Below, in pieces: positions 15,849 to 25,233 of a DNA stretch of 64,000 bases. Every line of letters begins with the position of its first letter. The first letter of the stretch is position 1. The notes beneath the pieces were generated by a model that saw only the letters and a program-made list of their open reading frames with translations, did no database searches and was not told the origin of the DNA. The DNA is from an uncultured Chloroflexia bacterium (GTDB lineage Bacteria; Chloroflexota; Limnocylindria; Limnocylindrales; CSP1-4): contig CAVSWB010000001.1 in NCBI GenBank assembly GCA_963731635.1, positions 73,679 to 137,678 of the forward strand, written 5' to 3'. Both the position numbers and the translations under genes were made by a program.

Positions 15849-16403
15849 ATGGCGACTAAGCGACGGAACAGAGGCGCGGGCCAGAGCGCCGCACCGGCAA
15901 CGCGCAGCAAGGCGGCGCCGGCCGCGCCGAACCGAGGCAGGCTCTATCTGGCGGTCGGCGGAGCGGTGGTCGCACTCGTGGCCGTGCTCGCGATTAGCTT
16001 CGTTGCTCTCGGCGGCGGCGGCTCCGGTCCCGCGCCGAGCACGGCGTCCGGTGAATCGATCGTTCAGGGCCAGGGCGGCCACTGGACCAGCGTGACCCCC
16101 GACCGGCTCGCCGAGATGCTGACGCACAAGGACTTCACGTTCGTGAACGTCAAGACGCCCTACATCGGCGAGATCGACGGCACGGACCTCTACATTCCTT
16201 ACGATCAGCTGTCAGCCCGGGCGAGTCAGCTTCCGGCCGACAAGTCGGCCAGGATCCTGGTCTATTGCCGCAGCGGGGTCGAAAGCGCCCAGGCCGCCCA
16301 GACGCTACTGAACCTCGGCTATACGAACGTCTGGAATCTCGACGGCGGCATGAACGCCTGGCAATCGTCGGGGCGGACTCTCGTCCAGAAGAACCGGACC
16401 TGA
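15849..16403 (+). CDS. Membrane-anchored rhodanese-domain sulfurtransferase
   Basis: Basic N-terminus, one TM helix (LYLAVGGAVVALVAVLAISFVAL), then a rhodanese domain with active-site loop YCRSGVES and the ending GGMNAW. Confidence 0.85.
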   Translation: MATKRRNRGAGQSAAPATRSKAAPAAPNRGRLYLAVGGAVVALVAVLAISFVALGGGGSGPAPSTASGESIVQGQGGHWTSVTPDRLAEMLTHKDFTFVNVKTPYIGEIDGTDLYIPYDQLSARASQLPADKSARILVYCRSGVESAQAAQTLLNLGYTNVWNLDGGMNAWQSSGRTLVQKNRT

Positions 16404-16471
16404 CCACCCGGACGTCGAGGGGCTATCTCGCCTGCCAGCGCCGGCCGGCTCGACTGGCGCATCATTAGCGC

Positions 16472-18325
16472 ATGCCAGAACTCAGATCGCGAACCGTCAC
16501 CCACGGACGAAACATGGCCGGCGCTCGGGCCCTGCTCCGAGCGACAGGCGTTGCCAGGGAGGACTTCGGCAAGCCAATCGTCGCCGTCGTCAACAGCTTT
16601 ACCGAGTTCGTGCCGGGCCATACGCACCTGGGGCAGGTCGGCCGGATCGTCGCCGAGGCCGTCAAGGCCGAGGGCGGCATCCCGCTCGAGTTCAACACGA
16701 TCGCCATCGACGACGGCATCGCCATGGGCCACGGCGGGATGCTGTACTCCCTGCCGTCTCGCGACCTCATCGCCGACTCGGTCGAGTACATGGTCAATGC
16801 GCACTGCGCCGACGCGATGATCTGCATCTCCGGCTGCGACAAGATCACCCCCGGCATGCTGATGGCCGCGATGCGCCTCAACATCCCCGCCGTGTTCGTC
16901 GCCGGCGGCCCGATGGAGGGCGGCACGGCCGTCCTGGCCGACGGCTCGGTACGCCAGAGCCTCAACCTGATCTCCGCGATGACCGACGCGATCGACGGCG
17001 AGATGTCCGACGAGGATCTCACTCGCATCGAAGAAGCGGCCTGTCCCACCTGCGGTTCGTGCTCGGGGTTGTTCACCGCCAACTCGATGAACTGCCTGGT
17101 GGAGGCCCTCGGCCTCGCCCTGCCGGGTAGCGGCACGACCGTCGCCACTCATACCGCACGCAAGGCACTGTACGAGCAGTCGGGCCGCGCCATCGTGAAA
17201 CTGGCCCGCCGATACTACGACCAGAACGACGCAAGTGTTCTGCCGCGCGCCATCGCATCGCACGCCGCTTTCGAGAACGCAATGTCAGTCGACATCGCCA
17301 TGGGCGGATCGACCAACACCGTCCTCCATCTGCTGGCCGTCGCGCGGGAGGCCGAACTCGACTACACCCTCCGGGACATCGACGCTCTTTCTCGCGATGT
17401 GCCGTGCATCTGCAAGGTGGCGCCGAGCGCCAGATACCTGATGGAAGACGTCCATCGCGCCGGCGGCATGCCGGCGATCCTCGGCGAGCTGGACCGCACC
17501 GGGCTGCTCCGAAAGGACGTTCACGCCATCCACGCCGGGTCCCTGGACGAGTGGCTGAACACCTGGGACGTCCGCGGCGACTCGCCCTCGGCCGAGGCCG
17601 CAGAGTTGTATCGCGCGGCCCCCGGAGGAGTTCGCTCCGCGGCCGCCTTCTCCCAGTCCGAGCTATGGGAAAACCTGGACACGGACGCCGAGGAAGGCTG
17701 CATTCGCGACGCCGCTCATGCCTACTCGCCCGACGGCGGCCTGGCCATTCTGCGAGGCAACCTGTCCGAGGACGGCTGTGTCGTGAAGACCGCCGGAGTC
17801 GACAAGTCCGTCCTGGCCTTCTCCGGACCCGCCGTGGTGGTCGAGTCGCAGGAAGAGGCAGTCGACGTCATTCTCTCCGGACGCATCGTGCCCGGCGACG
17901 TGGTCGTGATCCGGTACGAGGGTCCGCGGGGCGGTCCCGGCATGCAGGAGATGCTCTACCCCACGACATACCTGAAGGGCCGTGGCCTGGGCAAGACCTG
18001 CGCCCTCGTCACCGACGGCCGTTTCTCAGGCGGCACTTCGGGCCTGTCGATCGGGCACGTTTCGCCCGAAGCCGCCGCGGGCGGCGCCATCGCCCTGGTC
18101 GAGGACGGCGACACCATCGTCATCGATATCCCGAACCGCTCGATCCGATTGGACGTCTCCGAGACGGTGCTGGCCGAGCGTCGCGAGCGCCTGGAAGCGA
18201 CCGGCGGCTACACGCCTCGACATCGCGATCGGACCGTTTCGCCCGCCCTGCGCGCCTACGCCCTGATGGCACTGTCCGCGGACAAAGGCGCGGCACGGGA
18301 CCTGAGCCGACTCGAAGCCCAATAG
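16472..18325 (+). CDS. ilvD: Dihydroxy-acid dehydratase
   Basis: 617 aa. [56 protein letters not shown] are IlvD signatures. Confidence 0.95.
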   Translation: MPELRSRTVTHGRNMAGARALLRATGVAREDFGKPIVAVVNSFTEFVPGHTHLGQVGRIVAEAVKAEGGIPLEFNTIAIDDGIAMGHGGMLYSLPSRDLIADSVEYMVNAHCADAMICISGCDKITPGMLMAAMRLNIPAVFVAGGPMEGGTAVLADGSVRQSLNLISAMTDAIDGEMSDEDLTRIEEAACPTCGSCSGLFTANSMNCLVEALGLALPGSGTTVATHTARKALYEQSGRAIVKLARRYYDQNDASVLPRAIASHAAFENAMSVDIAMGGSTNTVLHLLAVAREAELDYTLRDIDALSRDVPCICKVAPSARYLMEDVHRAGGMPAILGELDRTGLLRKDVHAIHAGSLDEWLNTWDVRGDSPSAEAAELYRAAPGGVRSAAAFSQSELWENLDTDAEEGCIRDAAHAYSPDGGLAILRGNLSEDGCVVKTAGVDKSVLAFSGPAVVVESQEEAVDVILSGRIVPGDVVVIRYEGPRGGPGMQEMLYPTTYLKGRGLGKTCALVTDGRFSGGTSGLSIGHVSPEAAAGGAIALVEDGDTIVIDIPNRSIRLDVSETVLAERRERLEATGGYTPRHRDRTVSPALRAYALMALSADKGAARDLSRLEAQ

Positions 18326-18366
18326 CGCCGGTTGTCGCCGCCCCGCGCGGCCGAAACCGCTTCCGC

Positions 18367-18588
18367 TCAGCGTCCGCCAGCGATGATCAGCTGCGCCCGC
18401 TCGTTTCTGTTCGGGAAGAGATCGGGCGGCACGGCGTCTTTGCCGAGCGCCACGACGACCTGATGTCGGGCGCATGACGTGTAGTCCGCCAGGCAGTAGC
18501 GCTTCTTGAACAGCGTGGCACTGCCTTCCATGCCCTTCAATCGGTCGTTGAAGAAGGGACAGCCAGGCAAGCAATCGCAGTCAGCCAT
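18367..18588 (-). CDS. Small conserved Cys-rich protein, unknown function
   Basis: 73 aa: MADCDCLPGCPFFNDRLKGMEGSATLFKKRYCLADYTSCARHQVVVALGKDAVPPDLFPN. I recall this pattern (C..GCPFFND ... KKRYC ... CAR ... VPPDLFPN) from unannotated small proteins of diverse bacteria. Confidence 0.6.
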   Translation of the reverse strand: MADCDCLPGCPFFNDRLKGMEGSATLFKKRYCLADYTSCARHQVVVALGKDAVPPDLFPNRNERAQLIIAGGR

Positions 18589-18775
18589 TTGTCTCCTCCC
18601 GTGCCGGGCCCTTGCAATCGAGCACGGCCCTCAGGAGGTATCGGCAGGAGGCGGCCAGGCACGGAGCGACTCGAGCGATCTGTGCAGAGGAAGCTGCCGG
18701 CCCGGCCATGCGGCCTGCATGGACGGCGCGATCGTCGCCTGGCCCTACGCCCGCGAGGGGTGACGTCGCCGGTCG

Positions 18776-19387
18776 CTACTTGACGCGTCGAGCGACCAGT
18801 TCGACAAGGTGGAAGTGGTGCGGCTCACCGAGGGCCGTTTGGGTGTCCTCTTCGTTGTCGAGCCAGTGCTCGATCTCGAAAGACGACAGGCTCTCGCGGA
18901 TCCTTTGCGGCGGTGGGCATGTCATCGTTGGGTCCGTGGCTGAGCCGTCGTGATCGCCGAAGAGCTTGGCCGCCACACGGCCACCGACCGGGAGCGATGA
19001 GAGGACGCGTTCCCAGGTCGGCCAGAACAGATCCGCCGCCAGAAACGGGAGGCTCAGACTGGCGTTCACGAGATCGCAGCCCGGTACGTCGAAGATGGCC
19101 AGGTCCGCAACGCGGGTCTGGAGCGAGGGACGCAGTTCGGGCGGCGTGGCCGCCTCGAGCACCTCGATTGCGCCGGGCTCTCGATCGACCGCCAGAACTC
19201 GCCATCCCGCGCCGAGGAGTTCACGAGCATCGCGGCCCGCGCCGCAGCCGAGGTCCACGGCAAATCGCGGGCGCGGCGCATCCGGGCCGTCGGCAGCGAA
19301 TAGCTCGATGGCGAGTCTGACCGTTTCCCACGATGGGCGATCGACCGTCACCTCGTAGTAGCGAGCCCAATACTCGGAGTCAGTCAT
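18776..19387 (-). CDS. Class I SAM-dependent methyltransferase
   Basis: Motif I AVDLGCGAGRDARELL, followed by VLAVDREP. The start was trimmed to MTDSEYWARYYE at 19387. Confidence 0.8.
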   Translation of the reverse strand: MTDSEYWARYYEVTVDRPSWETVRLAIELFAADGPDAPRPRFAVDLGCGAGRDARELLGAGWRVLAVDREPGAIEVLEAATPPELRPSLQTRVADLAIFDVPGCDLVNASLSLPFLAADLFWPTWERVLSSLPVGGRVAAKLFGDHDGSATDPTMTCPPPQRIRESLSSFEIEHWLDNEEDTQTALGEPHHFHLVELVARRVK

Positions 19388-19515
19388 GCCCCGACGATAG
19401 CAGGTCGCGATGGCGCTATGAGGCGATGGGCGCCGCGGTCGACCGGCGAGCGACCGGCGAGCGACCGCCGGCTGCGGCCCACCGCCTGCCTTGCCGGCCG
19501 CGGTCGGTCGAGTCT

Positions 19516-19992
19516 TCAGCTCACCGCTTTCTTCACGAGCGTGGCGATCTGGGCCTCGCCGGCCGCGTTCAGCTCCGGAAGGGCGTAGGAGACCGGCCAC
19601 ATGGCGCCTTCGTCCAGGCGCGCCCTGTCGGTGAATTCGAAGGTTGCGTACCGCGTCTTGAACTTGCTCGCGTTCCTGAACCAGCAGATGACCTTGCCGT
19701 CCCTGGCATACGCGGGCATCCCGTAGTAAGTCGTGGGCGCGAGCTCCGGCGCGGCCGCCATGACGATGCCGTAGACCCGTTCGGCCATGGAGCGGTCCGG
19801 CTCGGGCATCCTGGCGATGCATTCCTGCAGTGCCCGCTGGCCCTCGGCCCGTTCGTCTTCGGCCGAGCCCCGGCGGGAGGCAGCCTTGCGCTCGCGGCCG
19901 CTCGACTGCATCGCAGCTCGCTCTTCATCGGTCCAAATCTGAACGGAGCGCGCCTGGCCGGCGCGTTTGGTCGGTGCCTTCGTAGCGGCCAT
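19516..19992 (-). CDS. YdhG-like / DUF1801 domain protein
   Basis: The C-terminal part YGMPAYARDGKVICWFRNASKFKTRYATFEF is typical of DUF1801. It has a basic N-terminal extension. Confidence 0.6.
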   Translation of the reverse strand: MAATKAPTKRAGQARSVQIWTDEERAAMQSSGRERKAASRRGSAEDERAEGQRALQECIARMPEPDRSMAERVYGIVMAAAPELAPTTYYGMPAYARDGKVICWFRNASKFKTRYATFEFTDRARLDEGAMWPVSYALPELNAAGEAQIATLVKKAVS

Positions 19993-20034
19993 TTCTCGTG
20001 TCCTTTCGGTAGGGATTTGCGCGGCCCGGATCGC

Positions 20035-20466
20035 TCAGGCCGAGGGGGCCGCGCCGACCTTGCCCTGCTGGAGGATCCGAATCGGGTTCCCGAATGGGTC
20101 GCGAATACCCATGTCGATGCCGTAGAAGTGCTCGGTCGGCTCCATCGTGAAGTCGGTGACACCGCGGGCCTTCAGCGTTTCGTAGAGACCGCGCGCGTCA
20201 TCGGTGATGAAAACGAGACCGCCCAGGGCACCCTTGGTGATGAGCGCGCGCAGCTGTTCGGCGGTCGCGTCATCGTGCAGCGGCGGACCCGGCTGCTCCA
20301 GCGAAACCTCGGTCCCCTGCTGGCCCGGCACGCGGATGGTCAGCCAGCGGTATTCGCCCTGGCGGACGTCGTTTGCCTTCTCGAGCCCGAGCTTGTTGAC
20401 GTAGAAGTCGAGCGCCTCTTCCTTGTCGAGGACGTAGATCGATGCGACGCTGAGCATGGTGATCAT
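20035..20466 (-). CDS. VOC (glyoxalase/bleomycin-resistance/dioxygenase) family protein
   Basis: LSVASIYVLDKEEALDFYVNKLGLE ... FYGIDMGIRDPFGNPIRILQ. The start was trimmed to MITML at 20466. Confidence 0.85.
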   Translation of the reverse strand: MITMLSVASIYVLDKEEALDFYVNKLGLEKANDVRQGEYRWLTIRVPGQQGTEVSLEQPGPPLHDDATAEQLRALITKGALGGLVFITDDARGLYETLKARGVTDFTMEPTEHFYGIDMGIRDPFGNPIRILQQGKVGAAPSA

Positions 20467-20509
20467 CGGGATCGTTCTCCTATGCGCGTTGCCTGCCGAC
20501 CCGGTCACG

Positions 20510-20962
20510 CTACGGTCCCGCGGCCGGAACCGCTTCTCTAAAACTGCTCCGTTGCAAGACCTCCGCGGCTGTCCATCGCGGCCGCATCGCCGCGAGCTGG
20601 ACGCAGTGAGGGGCGACGATCGGCCCGTGTCCCTGGCGGTAGGCGGACGGCGTCTCGCCGACGACCTCCCGGAAAGTGCGGCTGAAGGTCCCGAGGCTGT
20701 TGAAGCCGACGTCGAAGCTGATGTCGGTGACGCTGCGCTGGGTCTCGCGCAGCAGGAACATCGAGCGTTCCACCCGCCGCCGCTGCAGGTAACGGTGGGG
20801 CGTCTCGCCAAAGACGGCGCGGAAGGTCCGGATGAAGTGCGCCTCGGAGACAAAAGCCACCGCGGCCACGGCGCGAATGTTCAGCGGTTCGGCGTAGGCA
20901 CGGTCCATCGCGTCGCGGGCGCGCAGCAGGCGCCGGTTCAAGTCCTCTACCTCGCGGCTCAC
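20510..20962 (-). CDS. AraC-family transcriptional regulator (HTH domain only)
   Basis: VSEAHFIRTFRAVFGETPHRYLQRRRVERSMFLL...VTDISFDVGFNSLGTFSRTFREVVGETPSAYR is a double HTH_AraC. Confidence 0.85.
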   Translation of the reverse strand: MSREVEDLNRRLLRARDAMDRAYAEPLNIRAVAAVAFVSEAHFIRTFRAVFGETPHRYLQRRRVERSMFLLRETQRSVTDISFDVGFNSLGTFSRTFREVVGETPSAYRQGHGPIVAPHCVQLAAMRPRWTAAEVLQRSSFREAVPAAGP

Positions 20963-21222
20963 GGCTCAACGCTACGCCGTCGGCGCGGCATTCTCGTTCC
21001 GGCCCGCGGACGTTCCGCTGGACAACGCGTGCCCACCTGGTGGATCGGCCGTCCTTCAGGGTGGGCGGCGGCCCCGCCGAGCCGACAGGACCGAGCCACA
21101 GGAGCATATTCGCGCAGAAGCGGAGGCCCTCGGCCGGTCGACCTGCCGAAATGCCCCCGCATTCGCGAACTTCCCTGAGGCAATCAGGTTGCTGGCAGGG
21201 CGGGTCCAGGACGGAGGATCCG

Positions 21223-22167
21223 ATGAGCTCTCGCCCGACCGGCGCCTACCGGGCCACAAGCGCGGGCCTCGCCTCGTTGTCGACCAGGAGCAAGCGCCTG
21301 CTCGCCTTGGGCGCCGTCACCCTTGTACTGGCCGGCGCCCTGGCGCCGGGTCTTGGTGCGGTCGCCGCTCTCGAGGTGGACCTTCTGGTACTCGCGGTCA
21401 TCCTCACCATCTCCGTGGGTTTGCACGAGTTCGGTCACCTCCTGATGGCTCGGCTCCTGCACCTGCGCGTCCGTTCGTATGGTCTTTTCATGGGCCCGCG
21501 GGTCGCGTCGAGGCGTTGGTCCGGGATCGAGTGGCGCCTCAACTTGCTGCCGATCGGCGGCTACGTGAGCCTCCAGGGTGAGGACCGCGACGAAGGGCCG
21601 GGTTCCTTCCGCACCGCCCCGGCCTGGAAAAAGGTGCTTGTCTATGTCGTCGGCTCACTTGTGAACCTTGTACTCGCCTACTTGGCGCTCATCGCCATCG
21701 CGGCGCCGGTCTACTGGTCCATGTTCTCGGGAAACCTGGCCAAAACCGTCCAGGGTTCGTGGATGTTCGCCAACGTCATGGTCGGCACCATCGCATCCTC
21801 CACGTCGGCGGCTTTCGCCGGCTTCGCGCCCCACGCGGCGACCAATCCGCTCGATAGCCCGTTCGTCGGATTGCCGGGAATGGTCCGTGCCTCGGGTCTG
21901 TTCGCCGCCCAGGGCGTCGACGGGTTGCTGCTGTTCTTCGCCGCGATCAACCTGTCGCTCTTCCTAGTGAACCTGATGCCGATCCCGCCCCTCGACGGCG
22001 GCCAGACCGTCCTCGCGATACTCCGCAGGTTCCTGGGTCGGCTCGTGACCGAGCGCGTCGCCCGCGGCATGGCGACCGTCGGCCTGGGCGCGCTGATCAC
22101 GTTCGTGGTCTTCGTCAACCTGGTCGATGTCGTGAGGATGGTCTCCGGCATTCCGTTCCAGAAGTAG
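21223..22167 (+). CDS. Site-2 protease family (M50) membrane zinc metalloprotease
   Basis: HEFGHLLMA zinc motif and the second motif NLMPIPPLDGG, with multiple TM helices. GGAGG RBS precedes the ATG at 21223. Confidence 0.85.
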   Translation: MSSRPTGAYRATSAGLASLSTRSKRLLALGAVTLVLAGALAPGLGAVAALEVDLLVLAVILTISVGLHEFGHLLMARLLHLRVRSYGLFMGPRVASRRWSGIEWRLNLLPIGGYVSLQGEDRDEGPGSFRTAPAWKKVLVYVVGSLVNLVLAYLALIAIAAPVYWSMFSGNLAKTVQGSWMFANVMVGTIASSTSAAFAGFAPHAATNPLDSPFVGLPGMVRASGLFAAQGVDGLLLFFAAINLSLFLVNLMPIPPLDGGQTVLAILRRFLGRLVTERVARGMATVGLGALITFVVFVNLVDVVRMVSGIPFQK

Positions 22168-22345
22168 CTCGGAACGGAGCCGGCCGACTCGCGTTCGTGC
22201 AGCGTCAAGGCCCGCCGTCCCTGCCGCACCCTTTTGGCGAGCTGCGGCCACATGCCTAGACTTGAGCCCAGCGGCCTTGCCGCCGGAGCCGGCCTTGAGT
22301 AAGGCGGCGACCCGGGCCCAGCCTCAAATCCGCAGGAGAAGTCAG

Positions 22346-23089
22346 ATGGAGCTCGGCGGCTCGGTTGTCATCGTCACGGGGGCATCGTCGGGGATCGGCG
22401 CGGCTACCGCTCGCATGGCGGCCGGACTCGGGGCCAGGGTCGTGCTCGCCGCTCGACGCGGCGACCGGATCAGGGGCCTGGCCGGCGATCTGCCCGACGC
22501 GCTCGCCGTGGAGACCGACCTGCGGGACCCGGTTCAAATCGTTCGGCTCGTCGATGCGACCCTGGCTCGTTTCGGCCGGGTGGACGTGCTCGTCAACAAC
22601 GCCGGCCAGGGTCTTCACGTGCCGGTGGAGGAGATCCGACTCGACGATCTTCGAGTCGTCGCCGAACTGAACTTCTACGCGCCGCTGCTCGCCATGCAAG
22701 CCGTGATCCCGGCGATGCGCCGGCAGGGTGCCGGCGCGATCGTGAACGTCAGCTCGATGACCTCGCGGATGGTGCTGCCGGGCGTCGGCGGATACTCTGC
22801 CACGAAGTCGGCGCTGAATATGCTCTCGCAGGTCGCTCGTCGAGAGCTCGCGCCCGACGGCATCGTGGTGTCGATCGTGTACCCGTCAGTTACCGCCACG
22901 GAATTCCACCAATCGCTGGCGGCGGGCGGTCGCGTGGGCGGCGGTTCGGGGGCGCCGAAACCCCATTCCGCGGAGTCGGTGGCCCAGGCCATCGTGGACG
23001 TGATCCAGTCTGGCGACGAGGAGATCCTGCTGACGCAGGGCTGGAACCCCGACGCGCCCGATCCCCGAGACGCGCGGCCGGGACGCTAG
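22346..23089 (+). CDS. SDR-family short-chain oxidoreductase
   Basis: [19 protein letters not shown], and [11 protein letters not shown] (YxxxK). Confidence 0.9.
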   Translation: MELGGSVVIVTGASSGIGAATARMAAGLGARVVLAARRGDRIRGLAGDLPDALAVETDLRDPVQIVRLVDATLARFGRVDVLVNNAGQGLHVPVEEIRLDDLRVVAELNFYAPLLAMQAVIPAMRRQGAGAIVNVSSMTSRMVLPGVGGYSATKSALNMLSQVARRELAPDGIVVSIVYPSVTATEFHQSLAAGGRVGGGSGAPKPHSAESVAQAIVDVIQSGDEEILLTQGWNPDAPDPRDARPGR

Positions 23090-23114
23090 ACGCGACGCAG
23101 CTATCGCTACAACT

Positions 23115-23966
23115 TTGGAGGAACGCGCCTTGGCAGATGGTCCCGCGGGCGGGGTATCGTCGGCTCACAACCCGGTGTTGAGTCCGGATTGTGCGAAATG
23201 CTGCGGGTTGTGTTGCGTGGCGCCGGCGTTTCTTGCCTCCGCGGACTTCGCCATCGACAAACCCGCCGGTCGTCCGTGTCCGAACCTTCAGCCGGACTTC
23301 CGGTGCGGGATCCATTCCGAGCTGCGAGATCGCGGGTTCCCGGGTTGCGTCGCTTACGACTGCTTCGGCGCGGGCCAGCGCGTGACCCAGGAGATATTCG
23401 CCGGGGCCGACTGGCGTACGGATCCCGAGACGGCGCCGCGGATGTTCGCGGTCTTCTTTGTGGTGCGGCAGCTCCACGAATTGCTGTGGTATCTGACGGA
23501 GGCACTGGCTCTCCCGGCGGCGAGTCCGATTCGAGCCCAACTGCAGGCGGCGCGCGACGAAACCGACGATCTAGCTCGAATGGGACCGGAGGCGCTGGGC
23601 GCGCTCGATCTGGCGGGCCATCGAGTGCGGGTGAACGCCCTCCTGAGGGCGGCCGGCGCCCTTGCCCGCGAAAGCTCCCCGGGACCGGCTCTTGACCGGC
23701 GCGGCACGGACCTGATCGGCGCCGACCTCCGAGCCGTCGACCTTCGAGGTTCCGATCTGCGCGGCGCGAACCTGATCGGTGCCGACCTCCGCGGCGCCAG
23801 CCTCGCCCTGGCCGACCTGACCGGAGCCGATCTCCGGGGCGCCGACCTGGCCGGTGCGGATCTCACGAGCGCCCTCTTCCTGATGCAATCCCAGGTCGAG
23901 TCTGCGCGTGGCGATCGCGCCACCGGACTGCCGGCGAACCTGCTTCGCCCTGCCCACTGGGTGTGA
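23115..23966 (+). CDS. Pentapeptide-repeat protein with N-terminal Cys-cluster (YkgJ/CxxCxxCC-like) domain
   Basis: N-terminus [12 protein letters not shown]...CPNL...CGIH...CVAYDCFG. C-terminus [52 protein letters not shown]. The start is uncertain (TTG 23115 or GTG 23175). Confidence 0.75.
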   Translation: MEERALADGPAGGVSSAHNPVLSPDCAKCCGLCCVAPAFLASADFAIDKPAGRPCPNLQPDFRCGIHSELRDRGFPGCVAYDCFGAGQRVTQEIFAGADWRTDPETAPRMFAVFFVVRQLHELLWYLTEALALPAASPIRAQLQAARDETDDLARMGPEALGALDLAGHRVRVNALLRAAGALARESSPGPALDRRGTDLIGADLRAVDLRGSDLRGANLIGADLRGASLALADLTGADLRGADLAGADLTSALFLMQSQVESARGDRATGLPANLLRPAHWV

Positions 23967-24072
23967 TACCGGCTCGCCGGTGGCGCGCCTCTTGGGCCAA
24001 ACACGCGGCGATTTGCAGTTCCGAGCGCGACCCAGGACGATACGTTGCGACCACCAAACGAGGAGCCGAACC

Positions 24073-24690
24073 GTGCGCAAGGTCATCGTGAGCAACTTCG
24101 TGACGCTGGACGGCCTCTACGAGGGCACGAGCAAGAGCATGGACTCTCTGTTCGACTACCTCCATCAGGACTACTCGGGCGAGCATGCCTTTGACCACTA
24201 CAACGCCGAACTGCTGCGTGCCGCCGACTTCCTGCTTCTGAGCCGTAACTCGTTTCTGGCCAACAAGGCGTACTGGCCCGGCGTCCCGAGCGACCCCGAA
24301 TCCACGCCGATCCGGCGCGAGACTTCCGGCCTCATGAGCTCGATCCAGAAGATCGTCATCTCGGACAATCTGACCGATGCCGAGCTTGCGCCCTGGCAGA
24401 ACACGCAAATCATCAAACGCGCCGACGCCTACCGCGAAATCGCCGCCCTCAAGGCGCAAACGGGCAGGGACATCCTGGTGATCATGAGCCGTCTGCTCTG
24501 GAACGACCTGCTCGCCCACGACCTGGTGGACGAGCTGCATCTGACCTTCTTTCCGATAGTCGGCGGCGCAGGCACACCGATATTCGCAACTCGCCCGGCC
24601 GTCTCGTTCAAGCTCATCGAAGCCCGGACATTCGAGGGCTCCGGCAACCTCCTGGCCCGCTATCAAGTCAGTCCCGCCCGGCGAGCTTAG
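24073..24690 (+). CDS. Dihydrofolate reductase-like (RibD C-terminal domain) family protein
   Basis: [18 protein letters not shown] ... [46 protein letters not shown] precedes the GTG at 24073. Confidence 0.8.
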   Translation: MRKVIVSNFVTLDGLYEGTSKSMDSLFDYLHQDYSGEHAFDHYNAELLRAADFLLLSRNSFLANKAYWPGVPSDPESTPIRRETSGLMSSIQKIVISDNLTDAELAPWQNTQIIKRADAYREIAALKAQTGRDILVIMSRLLWNDLLAHDLVDELHLTFFPIVGGAGTPIFATRPAVSFKLIEARTFEGSGNLLARYQVSPARRA

Positions 24691-24696
24691 GGTCGT

Positions 24697-25233
24697 TCAG
24701 CCGGCAGTGAGCCCGTCCCGGCGGTGCCGGAGGAGAGTCCAGGCGATATCGGGGTCGTCGACGTCGCGGAGGAGGGACTCCGTCCGGCAGGCGATCGCCG
24801 GTACCAGTTCGCCGCCGCCCAGGCTTGCGCCGTGGGCCGCGAACACCGACATCGCACCATTGCTGACGACGTCGGCCCAGGCGTTGCGGATGCCGGCGCG
24901 CAGGATCAGGAACGCCGCACCTCGCCCGATGACGCGGTCCCGCAAGAAGAGTTCGCCGGCCGCGGCGAGTGCGGCGCGTTCCTCATCGCTTTCCGGGTCC
25001 GGGGACGAAAGCAATGCCAGGAGACCGAACAACGGATGCAGCCACTTGCCGGCGCTGACGTGCAGCGGCAGCCCCGGGTCCGTGCCGGCCTGTACGGCTG
25101 CGAGGGGCCAGAGCGCCATCGTGGCGCCCGACGGCAGCGGCGGGACAACGGCGGGCATTGCAATTCCCGCCGCAACGACCAACGGCTCTGCGATGGGCCG
25201 CGAGCCCGCAACCTGTTCCGATCGCGTGCTCAT
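24697..25233 (-). CDS. Hypothetical protein (178 aa), translationally coupled to the upstream AKR-ferredoxin gene
   Basis: ATGA overlap with the stop of the 25230-26351 gene. Ala/Leu-rich, with no recognisable motif. Confidence 0.5.
   Translation of the reverse strand: MSTRSEQVAGSRPIAEPLVVAAGIAMPAVVPPLPSGATMALWPLAAVQAGTDPGLPLHVSAGKWLHPLFGLLALLSSPDPESDEERAALAAAGELFLRDRVIGRGAAFLILRAGIRNAWADVVSNGAMSVFAAHGASLGGGELVPAIACRTESLLRDVDDPDIAWTLLRHRRDGLTAG

Noticed and set aside
16404-16471. Possible terminator or attenuator between the rhodanese gene and ilvD.
   Set aside because: It contains only short GC-rich self-complementary runs (GCCGGCCGGC) with no convincing stem-loop plus U-tract. It is too short to support a leader-peptide attenuator.
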